Positions 31,233 through 44,400 of a stretch of 64,000 nucleotides of DNA are shown one piece after another. Source of the stretch: Eledone cirrhosa (taxonomy: Eukaryota); the NCBI GenBank assembly GCA_964016885.1, contig OZ024743.1, forward strand, positions 37,262,001 through 37,326,000, written 5' to 3'. Position numbers and translations under genes: made by a program. The notes under the pieces are model-generated. The model was not told the DNA's origin. It saw only the letters and a program-made list of their open reading frames with translations, and ran no database searches. Every line of letters starts with the position of its first letter. Within the stretch, counting starts at the first letter, position 1.

Positions 31233-31277
31233 AATATTGCTGATGAGTTGTAATAACAACGAAACTAGTTCAATATT
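31233..31277 (+). ncRNA. Canonical minimal type I hammerhead ribozyme (inverted copy)
   Basis: Identical to 30669-30713. Stem I is extended by ttctccagaaag / ctttctggagaa. Confidence 0.88.
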
Positions 31278-31495
31278 CCTTGTCTGGCTTTCTGGAGAAT
31301 AGAGGAAAGGTGTTTCCTCAAAAACCAGTATGACTCTAAAAACCGGTTTGTCTGTGTGTTTACATACAGAATAGCTGGATACTCACAGTAAAGTAACCAG
31401 TGAAAGACTTGGTACATCTACATATGTATACGTGTGTGTATTCATATGCATACTAGTATTTCAGTATGCATATGTAGATGTACATTTTTAACTTA

Positions 31496-31542
<47 letters not shown>

Positions 31543-31769
31543 ATATATACATATATACATATATATATGTATATATACATATATACATATATACATATAC
31601 ATATATACATATATACATATATACACACACATATAAGTACATATATAAGCACACGCACACTCACATATACAGGTACACACACATGAACACAAAATCAGTT
31701 ACATCTAACGAATGATGTCTTTTTCTGTGCTATTTGTCTTTCATGAAACTAAACAAGTATTATAATGAA

Positions 31770-31945
31770 TTGGCAGTATCGGTAGAGGGTCGGAAGCCAT
31801 GCTTTGCAGCACAGTTACGTCCCTTACAGACTGAGTTCAAATCCCGCCGAGGTTAACTTTGCCTTTCATCCTTACGGGGTCGATAAAATAAAGTACCAGT
31901 AATGCACTGGGTTATTGCTGGCCTTGTGCCATAAGTAGAAACAAT
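31770..31945 (+). mobile_element. Nin-domain tRNA-SINE
   Basis: tggcagtatcggtagag..gagttcaaatcccgccgagg..gcctttcatccttacggggtcgataaaataaagtaccag..ggccttgtgcc. Confidence 0.88.
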
Positions 31946-32094
31946 TATAATGCCTTTCAAACAAATTGTTTAGTGTTTCGTTTTTTTGTAGAATTAAATA
32001 GCAAATTATTTCAACTTTAAGATTCTTTTCATAATATATCAAGAATTAAACTAGTTTCTTCATTGTACTGTATCATTCTGGTGTGTTGTTTTCA

Positions 32095-32277
32095 GAGAAA
32101 GTGAGGTTTTTTTTTACAGAATGAAAAATAAAGAAAATAAGAGGAAATCGAAAATGCAACTGGAGTATCATTTAAAAAAAAAATATATATATATTTATTT
32201 GGTTCCTTTACCGGTTTCGCAGTTCTTCTGCCTTTCAAAAGTAGAGTTGAGATGGAGGATCTGTGGTTTTTCTCACA
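32095..32277 (-). mobile_element. Inverted copy of the 30079-30287 element (HHR 32205-32242, core TTGAAAG)
   Basis: Reverse-complement match, with an internal deletion. Confidence 0.75.
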
Positions 32278-32344
32278 TCTGGTTGGTCTTTGAATGCTAC
32301 TTGTTTTATATGGAAAAAAGTGGCTCGAAAAGCCAGGTTTTTAG

Positions 32345-32590
32345 AGAAGTAATTTGATTGGCTGGTCAATAATTATAATAAATTTCGCGCCAGTTCGCGT
32401 TACAAAGTTCTTCAAACAAGGGGGGGGGGGTGCTCAGGTTGTTTTTTTTCATATATGAGTGTTTGAATTTCTTTTTTTTTAAAACAAAGGGGCTCACGAA
32501 GGCTTTTTTTAATAAACGTAATTTGATTGGTTATAAATGAAATTAGTGCTGTCACGTGAACAAGTTTTCATTAAATTTCGCGCCCGTATG
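32345..32590. promoter_or_regulatory. Candidate cell-cycle-type promoter (2x CCAAT, 2x E2F, E-box, CHR-like)
   Basis: GTAATTTGATTGG at 32349 and 32518; TTTCGCGCC at 32383 and 32576; CACGTG at 32553; TTTGAA at 32462. Confidence 0.45.
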
Positions 32591-33141
32591 TGGAAATTTA
32601 TTCTGTAGCCTTTTTAGAGAATTTTATGACAAGCGAAAGATAATGGTCAAGAGAAATGGCATAGGAGAATTGTTCTGGTTCAGTGAATATGGTTAGTTCG
32701 CTGGGGTGTCAGAATTCAGATTTTCTATTGAAATAAAGAAAGTAAAGATATGTATGTTTATTTGTGTGCTTGTGTGTGTGTGTGTGTGTGTGTGTATTGG
32801 AAGATGATTCTATTAGTAGAAATGGGGGAGGGAGTTGTGCGTGTGTATATGGGTGTTATGTGTGTGTGTGGGAGTATGTTAAGATGGAGAGAATATATAT
32901 ATTTTGTGTGTGTGTATATATGTGTGTAGGAAAGTGATTCTATTAGTAGAAATGGGGGAAGAGTTGTGTGTGTGTATGGGCGGGGGGGGGGTTGTTATGT
33001 GTGTGTATGGGTGTTATGTGTGTGTGGGAGTATGGTTAGCATGTTAAGATGAAGAGAATATATATATATATTGTGTGTGTGTGTCTGTGTAGGAATTCCT
33101 TACTTATTCGTATTTGTTCAGTTGTATTGTCAGCGCAAACG

Positions 33142-35385
33142 TATTCACCTAGCTTATGCTAAACGAATAAATTTTGAAGCTTGTTTCTCCCCTAAGGTTT
33201 GCTATATTTTCTGTTGTTCTCCTGTCACACTCGCTTTACGCGTTTTAATTGTCCTAATAACTTATTTTGGTTATTATTGCACCGAAGTGAGATATATGAT
33301 TTTTAATGCAATGAAATATCTATGATCTTCGGCAAATCACTGATGAGGGACTTATTTTATTTCATGTTACCATGTGCGACCTGCAGTATTTTTCTCTATA
33401 TTTTAATACATATATTTACCACTGCGATTCTGTGTTTTTTTCTCTCTCTCTTACTGTTCCCCCATTCTCTCTGTTTCTCCCCCTCTGTCTTGTCCGTTAA
33501 CTCTTCCTCACACTTTCACTCACTCACTGTTTTTCTCCCTCTTCTCTTCATTTCATCCTGCACTCACGAACGCTAATTTTTCTCTCTCTGCTCAATAGCT
33601 TTCGTTTGTGTTGGTACTATTCTCTCAGCTCTCATATATTCACCTAGCTTATGCTAAACGAATAATTTTTGAAGCTTGTTTCTCCCCTAAGGTTTGCTAT
33701 ATTTTCTGTTGTTCTCCTGTCACACTCGCTTTACGCGTTTTAATTGTCCTAATAACTTATTTTGGTTATTATTGCACCGAAGTGAGATATATGATTTTTA
33801 ATGCAATGAAATATCTATGATCTTCGGCAAATCACTGATGAGGGACTTATTTTATTTCATGTTACCATGTGCGACCTGCAGTATTTTTCTCTATATTTTA
33901 ATACATATATTTACCACTGCGATTCTGTGTTTTTTTTCTCTCTCTCTTACTGTTCCCCCATTCTCTCTGTTTCTCCCCCTCTGTCTTGTCCGTTAACTAT
34001 TCCTCACACTTTCACTCACTCACTGTTTTTCTCCCTCTTCTCTTCATTTCATCCTGCACTCACGAACGCTAATTTTTTTCTCTCTCTGCTCAATAGCTTT
34101 CGTTTGTGTTGGTACTATTCTCTCAGCTCTCATATATTCACCTAGCTTATGCTAAACGAATAATTTTTGAAGCTTGTTTCTCCCCTAAGGTTTGCTATAT
34201 TTTCTGTTGTTCTCCTGTCACACTCGCTTTACGCGTTTTAATTGTCCTAATAACTTATTTTGGTTATTATTGCACCGAAGTGAGATATATGATTTTTAAT
34301 GCAATGAAATATCTATGATCTTCGGCAAATCACTGATGAGAGACCTATTTTATTTCATGTTACCATGTGCGACCTGCAGTATTTTTCTCTATATTTTAAT
34401 ACATATATTTACCACTGCGATTCTGTGTTTTTTTTCTCTCTCTCTTACTGTTCCCCCATTCTCTCTGTTTCTCCCCTTCTGTCTTGTCCGTTAACTCTTC
34501 CTCACACTTTCACTCACTCACTGTTTTTCTCCCTCTTCTCTTCATTTCATCCTGCACTCACGAACGCTAATTTTTCTCTCTCTGCTCAATAGCTTTCGTT
34601 TGTGTTGGTACTATTCTCTCAGCTCTCATATATTCACCTAGCTTATGCTAAACGAATAATTTTTGAAGCTTGTTTCTCCACTAAGGTTTGCTATATTTTC
34701 TGTTGTTCTCCTGTCACACTCGCTTTACGCGTTTTAATTGTCCTAATAACTTATTTTGGTTATTATTGCACCGAAGTGAGATATATGATTTTTAATGCAA
34801 TGAAATATCTATGATCTTCGGCAAATCACTGATGAGGGACTTATTTTATTTCATGTTACCATGTGCGACCTGCAGTATTTTTCTCTATATTTTAATACAT
34901 ATATTTACCACTGCGATTCTGTGTTTTTTTTCTCTCTCTCTTACTGTTCCCCCATTCTCTCTGTTTCTCCCCCTCTGTCTTGTCCGTTAACTCTTCCTCA
35001 CACTTTCACTCACTCACTGTTTTTCTCCCTCTTCTCTTCATTTCATCCTGCACTCACGAACGCTAATTTTTCTCTCTCTGCTCAATAGCTTTCGTTTGTG
35101 TTGGTACTATTCTCTCAGCTCTCATATATTCACCTAGCTTATGCTAAACGAATACTTTTTGAAGCTTGTTTCTCCCCTAAGGTTTGCTATATTTTCTGTT
35201 GTTCTCCTGTCACACTCGCTTTACGCGTTTTAATTGTCCTAATAACTTATTTTGGTTATTATTGCACCGAAGTGAGATATATGATTTTTAATGCAATGAA
35301 ATATCTATGATCTTCGGCAAATCACTGATGAGGGACTTATTTTATTTCATGTTACCATGTGCGACCTGCAGTATTTTTCTCTATA
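33142..35385. repeat. Tandem array, ~496-bp unit x ~4.5, near-identical copies
   Basis: Equivalent positions at 33325, 33820, 34318, 34814 and 35310. Pyrimidine-rich. Each unit contains caCTGATGAg. Confidence 0.97.
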
Positions 35386-35442
35386 TATATATACATATAT
35401 ATATATGCATACGTACACACACACACACACATATATATATAT

Positions 35443-35503
<61 letters not shown>

Positions 35504-35539
35504 TATATATATATTTATATATATATGTATATATATATA

Positions 35540-36172
<633 letters not shown>

Positions 36173-36251
36173 CGTGCACAAAAATATATATCAATAATAG
36201 TAAAAGAAAAGGATAAATTGTAACGCACTCATTACGTTTATATGTGTGTGC

Positions 36252-36309
<58 letters not shown>

Positions 36310-36312
<3 letters not shown>

Positions 36313-38860
36313 GGAGGTGAGTTTTATTGTAGTACAATAAAGCAATGCAGATATCGGATAAGAAGCACTCTACAGTTTGTGGGACTGGAGTATACATAAT
36401 ATATAAGAACAAAAGATGATTAAAGGAGTTCCATGTATTTTATTATGCGCATTTCAAATTACTATCTTAAATTGCAATATAGTTAACCTTAATATTATTA
36501 AGAACAATATACGTAATCTCTTTAACCAACATAACCTAAAAATTGAATTTGATAACAGTATCAAACTAGCTACTTTATTGGATGTATCTCTTAATCTTGA
36601 CACTGGCCTATAATACCCTTACCATAAAAACAATGAGAACCTAAATTATGTTAACTTTAAATCTAACCATCCTACTAATATCAAGAATGCTATAGTTAGT
36701 AATATTGGAAAAAGAATATCTAACCTATCTTCTAATAAAAATATCTTTGATGCTAACGCCAATTACTATAATAACGCGCTTTCTAAAGCCGGCTATCCTG
36801 ATAAAATCAAATATAGTAAAGAAACAAATTCTAGAAGAACTTACAGTAGAATAATTAATCATGATCATTCCAATAACTTTAACAAAAGACCTAGATACAA
36901 AAACATAATCTGGTATAATGCTCCTTTCTCCATCTCTATTAATAACAATATTCCTAAATTATTCTTTAGTGCCTTAAATAAATGCTTCCCTCCCTCACAT
37001 ATCTATAGTAAAATATTTAACAAACACACCATAAAATGTTCTTATTCTACATCCTCCAACATTTCCAACATTATCTCTAAACACAACAATAAAATACTAA
37101 ATACTAAATCTCTTCCTTCCAACACTGAATTTCATAATAATAGTACTCCCGACGTCATTGTAAACCCTAGGCTAATTTCTACAAACCCAAATACAACGTC
37201 AAACACAACTTCGCTAAATGTTCATAATCCCACTCTAAATCAAGAAACTATTATTCCTATCGCAAACAACTTCTCCAATCCAATTCCTTCTATAGATAAC
37301 ACTAGGTCACTCATTAATAATCTCTCTAATTGCAATTGCAATTGCCCTATTAAAAATAAATGTACTCTCAACAACCATTGTCTTGATAAAAACTTAATTT
37401 ACGAATGTAAAGTTATAACTGACACCAATTCCTTCACCTATTTTGGCTCCACTTCCACCTCTTTTAAAGCTCGTCTTTATAACCATCATACGTCTTTTAA
37501 ATACAAACTTAAAAGAACCAACACGACTCTCTCAGAACTCATATGGTCCTTGAAAGACAAAAACATTAAATATAGCATCTTTTGGAAGAAGGTTTCTTCT
37601 GCGTCTTAATACTTGAACAGTTCTCTATCTAAAATCTGCAATCTCTGTCTAAATGAAAAAATTACCATTATCTCTAATCTAGATTCTATAATAAATAGAC
37701 GCACTGACTTGTTTTCTATCTGCTTGCATAAATTCCATAAAACATTTCACAAAGTATACAGCTAATATTTAATTCTTTATCAATTTAGAATCTTTTTCTC
37801 AAAGGCACATATATATACACTTCTTTTAAAAATATACCCATCTTTCTACCTTACTTCAAAGGTTATTATACATTCTATAATACTTGTTTACTCATTACTC
37901 TTACTCTATATCACCTTGTAAAATCCTTCGTAAACATATACATTTTTTTTGATGCTAGATTATTCATCCTCAATTCATTATTCTTTTCTCCCTATCATCT
38001 AACTCATTATTCTCAATACATATTAACATTTTCTTTTTCTTCGCACATATTATCAAATCCTTCAATATACAAACCTTAACTTTACATTATTTTTCTCTTC
38101 GTTAATTTTCAAATTTCCATATTACTTGTTGACTCTTTCTACATCACCCATATTTATCACTTCCTTTTCTTCTCTTCTAATATCTAACCCCCTAATCTGT
38201 ACCTTTTCTCACTCTTGCCTAACATAGAATCAATTATTACATAATACAACACATTCTTACTCTATATCACCTTATAAAAATCCTTCGTAAACATATACAT
38301 GTTTTTTAACGTTAGAATATTCATCCTCAATTCATTATTCTTTTCTCCCTATCATCTAACTCATTATTCTCAATACATATTAACTCCTTCTCTTTCTTCG
38401 CACATATTTTTCTCTTTTTCTCTTCGTTAATTTTCAAATTCTTTTAATTTATACATTATCTTCCAACGGTTTTCAACCTCTCTATGTAAAACAATATATC
38501 TTTCTCAGTTATAAAAACTATCTCTCTCTCTCTATCACCCATCTCTCCTCCTATCTCATCCTTCCTCACTATACTCCTCCTTCTCCACCTTCAGTCTCAT
38601 CTCCTCCTCTTTTTTTCATCCTTTCCACCCCCCTCTAAATAAAATATTTTTCCCAATATCACACATCAATCTAAAACTATTTCTCATATGTTGATTTAAA
38701 ACTGAACTATCCACAAGTGTTTTTTAGCCTTCATATCATGTCCTCCTGTTTTATCTGATGAAAACACAAATATTATTGCATGATGATATTTGTTTTTGAA
38801 ATGCGCATAATAAAATACATGGAAGTCCTTTAACCATCTTTTGTTCTTATATATTATATA
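36310..38860 (+). mobile_element. 5'-truncated Penelope-like retroelement (Nematis-like) with inverted 5' pLTR, RT C-terminus plus GIY-YIG, long 3' UTR and HHR
   Basis: Manual translation 36458-37764 (two internal stops): LLDVSLNL..SNHP..IIWYNAPFS..KIFNKHTIKCSYS..CNCPIKNKCTLNNHCLDKNLIYECKV..YFGSTSTSFKARLYNH..CNLCLNEK..INRRTDL. 36393-36457 is the reverse complement of 38795-38860. Confidence 0.9.
38749..38815 (+). ncRNA. Hammerhead ribozyme in the PLE 3' pLTR
   Basis: ttttat-CTGATGA-aaacacaaatatt..gatatttgttttt-GAAA-TGCGCA-TA^-ataaaa. Confidence 0.85.
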
Positions 38861-39220
38861 TTTATATATATACTTTCACACGACTACTGCTGCTTATACT
38901 CGTGCTACGACACACGCACATTAGAGCAAAAATCAAACAAATACTCATACTTATAAAATACAACTCATCCGTCTCTTTAAAGATTACGATTACTTATGCC
39001 GACCACGTCCTTAATAGTATATAAATATGTTATTATATGAGACTAGAATGATGATATGTCAGATATTACTTTTTACTTCCTCCCTCCATTGCTAGAGAGT
39101 GATACAGGAAGACAACACATTACTTTGTTGAGAGGATTTTACACATGGAAGCAATGTATACACACATACACACATACGTACATATAGATATGTATATATG
39201 CACACACACACTCCTCACAC

Positions 39221-39280
<60 letters not shown>

Positions 39281-39343
39281 GTATATATGTATTTACATAT
39301 ATGGCTGTGTGTGTGTATGATTGAAATTAAATAATATATATAT

Positions 39344-39458
<115 letters not shown>

Positions 39459-39509
39459 TATATACACACACATAGATACACATAAAAATCAAGGAAAAAC
39501 AATATGGGA

Positions 39510-39734
<225 letters not shown>

Positions 39735-39735
<1 letters not shown>

Positions 39736-40162
39736 AATAGACCTGACCTGGTGGTTTTGAACAAAGAAAAAAGATCGTGTCTGATTGTGGATGTGGCCTG
39801 CCCATTCGACACGAGAGTGCAAGAGAAGGAGAGGGAGAAAATTAACCGATATCAGGACTTAAAGTGGGAGGTAAAAAGGATTTGGAACTGCCATGAAGTC
39901 AAAGTGATCCCGATTGTCATAGGCGCACTAGGGACTATCTCAAAAAGTTTCCAGGGATGGTTAAAGAAAATTGGCCCCTTCACGCTTTTTGGAACGCTTC
40001 AAAAGGCATGCTTGCTGGGAACAGCAAGAACCCCCCGATACGTCCTGAATATGTGAGGCTGCAGGTAGTGGCTTGATATTCATTTCAACAAACTTTCCAG
40101 TTAACTAACATCAATGACTGAGACTCAAAGAGTAATAACAATAATAATAATAATAATAATAA
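39735..40162 (+). mobile_element. R4/Dong 3' fragment (REL endonuclease) with (TAA)n tail
   Basis: [48 protein letters not shown]; (TAA)n on both sides. Confidence 0.9.
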
Positions 40163-40164
40163 TC

Positions 40165-41240
40165 AGCTGGAGAATCCTTGGGAGGCGTGAAGATGAAGAG
40201 AGGTATCTTCCAGGGAGATAGTCTGTCCTCTGTTGTTCGTCCTTGCCCTGATGCCCCTGACCATTATACTGCGAAAAGTGAGAGCAGGATACAAGTTGGG
40301 AAAGGGAGAGCTTACCATCAATCACCTCCTCTTCATGGACGATCTTAAGCTCTTCGGGAAGAGTGAGAAGGAGTTGGATGTGCTTGTTGACACTGTCCGT
40401 ATTTTCAGCAATGATATATGTATGCAATTTGGTATTAGTAAGTGTGGAGTCCTTGTGATGAAGAGGGGTGAATTGAGCAGAAGCAACGGAATCCAGGTAC
40501 CAACAGGTGAGATGATAAAGGAAATTGCCACTGAAGAAGGATGCAAGTATTTGGGTGTTCTGGAGGCTGATGACATGAAGATAAAAAAATGAAGGAATTG
40601 ATAAGATCTGAGTACATTCGGAGAGTAAGGAGCGTATTAAAGTCACATCTGAGCAGTCGGAATGCCATAAGTGCAGTAAATTCCCGAGCTGTGTCTATTA
40701 TTAGGTACAGTGCGGGAATTCTGAGATGGAATGTTGCTGAACAAAAAGAAATAGATAGGAAGACTAGGAAGCTATTGACTATCTACAACATGTTCCACAA
40801 GAGGAGTGATGTCGATAGACTCTACTTAAGGAGATCTGAAGGAGAAAGAGATCTTATCAGCATAGAGGACTGTGTTCAGATGGAGAAAAACAAGCTACAC
40901 AAATACGTGACTGATAGTAAGGAGCCAATGCTCAGAATTGTATGGAAGGAGAGGACAATAGACCAGGGGATGTCAAGGAGGAAATAACAGCAAGGAGAAA
41001 GAGCAGCCTTCATGAAAAATCCCTTCATAGTACCTTCTTTGAGAAAACTGAATTCAGAGATCCACAGACATGGAAATGGTTGAAAAGAGGAGACCTTAAA
41101 AAGGCTACAGAAGGAATGCTAATGGCTGCGCAAGAGCAGGCCCTCAAAACGAAGTGGCTGAAACACCATATTTACAAGGAGGATGCTAGCCCACTGTGCA
41201 GGATCTATGGAGAGAGAGAGGAGACTGTGGCTCAGTGCTG
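40165..41240 (+). mobile_element. R4/Dong internal fragment (RT motifs to zinc knuckle)
   Basis: GIFQGDSL, HLLFMDDLKL, DVDRLYL, LMAAQEQAL, CRI..ETV. Confidence 0.9.
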
Positions 41241-41411
41241 GCTCCCCCCTTCCCCACCAACAATAGAAAAAGCCCCGGCACCACCACCGACATAGCCAAT
41301 AACAATAACAGGCAACTTCAGCAAAAAGTATATTATATTATTAATAATAATTTCATTCTTAAGCCACGCAATGCTCACATTAAGGAACCACTCATGATAA
41401 TAACAATTTAA

Positions 41412-44400
41412 AAAACAACAAAAAAGAAAACCCCGTGACCAAGAAATAACGGGATGTCGGCCGGCGGGGAATAGCCGTGTCTCTAGGGGAGGACGACCCC
41501 TCTAGTCTTGGTTGACACTCGTCCTAGAAGTGGTAACACGAAGTGATTACCCTTGGCGGTTAAGGCTAAAACGCGACAAAATAAAGTAAATGTCTAATGA
41601 TAAAATCTCATACTGGATCGGCCGTCACCCGGGCCAAAAAGAGCCGCGTCCCTCAGAGAGGAACCAGACTGGGGTCGAAAAATCAGCTAATGGTTCAAAC
41701 CTTCCCATCACTTCGGAGCTAGAGACCTCCCATAACCGGAATACTCCTCCTGTTGGCCCTCCATGCTCACCACCAAGAAATCCAAAGAAAAAGAGAGAAA
41801 AATGGTCAAGGGAAGACAATAAAAAGTCCTTGAGTCTTTCTACACTGCCATGTACTACCCATCAAATAGATCTAATACAAAACAGACATATATCAACTGG
41901 AAAAAGAAACATCCCGAAAACAGAAGCTATATTGACAGTAACAAAATAGCTAATATACGAAGAAATATTGTAAAAAAAAAAGTTACTAACTGATATAGAA
42001 ATTGATCAGATCAAGCTATTAGCACAAAGTCAGCGAAGGGAAAATGAAACATGTGTCAGTGAAAACGAGGTTAATTGTAACACTTTGAATCCCAGTGTTG
42101 GGACGGAATCACTGACAACAGAACAAATTAAAGAAAGGCTCGAAAAAGTGGAGGGAGTGCATGCTCAAGATGAAACTCAAAATGAAAACAATGAAATCGT
42201 AAATGATAAGGAAATGAATGAGAATGAACTTGCCAGCTTGAAGGATAAAATTCTGACCGGATGGATGAAAATGAAAGAATCTGACATGGGGGAACGAGAC
42301 ACTCTCCCTAAGATCCAGAACTCCAAACAGAACCAAAAGATAATACACAAGACTAACATAATTCTCAAAAACATTATTATCACAAACAAACTAAACATTA
42401 CTGACTTAAATCATCTCTATTATGCATCGGCTAAAGTCACCACTCACTTATGTGGAGTGAAAATGAAAAAAACAAAGGAATTCCCACAAGAAATCTACTT
42501 GGCAAGAGAACATCAATCGCCAAATAAACCTTCTCCGATCTGACATAGAAATGTTAACAAACTACAAAGTAGGTGAAAATGTTAAACAAACTAAACTTAG
42601 AAAATTGAAAAGAAAATACAGTATAAAATCAACAAGTGACATAGACATGCTGATAGAAATAATCAAGCAAAAAGTGTCGGCCAATGCTGCTCGTATAAGG
42701 CGCTTTGAAAAACGATCTAGATTCTATAAGGACAATAATATGTTAAAAAACAACCAAAGAAACTTCAACAGAAAAATTGGCAAGTCAACAATAACTGCTA
42801 AATCAATACCACCCAAGGAGGAAGTGCAAGAATTCTGGCAAAAGATCTGGGCCGAAGAAAAAGTTCATAATATACATGCCGCATGGATAGACAGACAAAT
42901 GAAAGATACAGCTCACCTTGAAGAACAAACATGGGAAAATATAACAGTTTTGCTCTTAGAAAAACCAGCAAATGGAAATCCCCAGGAAAAGACAAAATAC
43001 CAAATGTTTGGATAAATGCCTTCAGAGTCTCATGAGCTGTTAGCCCAACTTTACAATGAAATAGTTAAGGAGCCAGAAAAGATACCATCATGGCTAGTTA
43101 ACGGCATTACATTCCTGCTTCCGAAGAATGATGAGACAAACAATCCCAAAAATTACAGACCGATAACTTGCTTGACCACAATGTATAAAATTTTAACATC
43201 AGTCCTAACTGAATATACATATGACCACCTGATAACAAATGACTTATTTCCCAATGAGCAGAAAGGGTGTAAACGAGGCTCATATGGCTGTAAGGATCAG
43301 CTTCTGGTTAACAAAATGATACTGGAAGATTGTCATAATAGACACAAAAATCTATCCATTGCTTGAATAGATTATAAAAAAGCATTCGATAGTTTGCCAC
43401 ACAGTTGGATTGAAAAATGTTTAGAGATTGTCAAAATATCTCCCGTTGTCAGGAGGTTCCTGTCATTCAGTATGAAGACATGGATACTCCTTTTGAATAG
43501 TGAAAAAAAATCACTGGAAGCTGGAGAAGTTAATATTAATTGTGGAATTTTTCAGGGTGACTCTTTATCACCGCTTTTATTCTGCATCGCACTTATACAA
43601 TTAAGTAAAATGCTCAATGAAACAAAACAGGGATATAAAGTCTATGACAAAACCATTAATCACTTGTTCTACATGGATGACCTGAAACTATTTGCAAAAA
43701 ATGATGAACAATTGCAAGGGCTATTATCCACTGTGGAGCAGTTCAGTGATGACATTAAAATGGCGTTTGGACTAGATAAATGCGCCAAAGCAACGTTCAC
43801 CAGAGGAAAGCTGCTAAAAAGTTCAGACATTAATCTTGATCGGAGGAATGTGATGAGAGAACTTGATCAAGAGCAAACTTACAAATATCTAGGTGTTTGT
43901 GAAGGAGACGGAATCAAGCACTCGACAATGAGGGAAAGGATAAGGAAGGAGTGTTACCGCAGAGTAAGAGCAATCTTAAGAACATAATTGAATGCAAGGA
44001 ATAGGATCCATGCCATAAACACGCTTGCCATACCAGTAGTAACCTACAGTTACAATGTCATCAACTGGTCAAGCACAGAGATCCGTAGGCTCGATACAAA
44101 AATTAGAAAATTCTTAACCATGCACAGAATGCATCACCCTAAGGCAGATACAGATAGAATATATCTCCCTAGGAAAGAAGGAGGACGTCGGTTAATCCAG
44201 TTAGATATTGCGTTGAAAACTGCAACAATTGGATTATCTACATATCTAAGGGAATCACATGATTGGATGATCAAACTCGTTTTGAAACACGAAAGCATCA
44301 AAAGATCATACTCCATTACAAAAGATGCACAAAGATACAGTAATGGACTACACATTTCAGAAGTCCCATTTACTGCTGAAATGGAAAACAAGAACAGCAA

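Larger units (their letters stand above)
30375..31500. mobile_element. Retrozyme-like element: 466-bp non-coding HHR unit, 1.4 tandem copies plus one inverted, circularly permuted copy
   Basis: 30375 recurs at 30841. 31045-31500 is the reverse complement. Copies are nearly identical and flanked by (TA)n. Confidence 0.85.

Noticed and set aside
31770-31850. tRNA gene
   Set aside because: The A/B boxes belong to the SINE head. There is no cloverleaf, and the Nin core follows.
33071-35310. Repeated 70-aa ORFs as a tandem gene family
   Set aside because: Non-ATG starts and no recognisable domain. Indels between units shift neighbouring frames. By-product of the tandem array.
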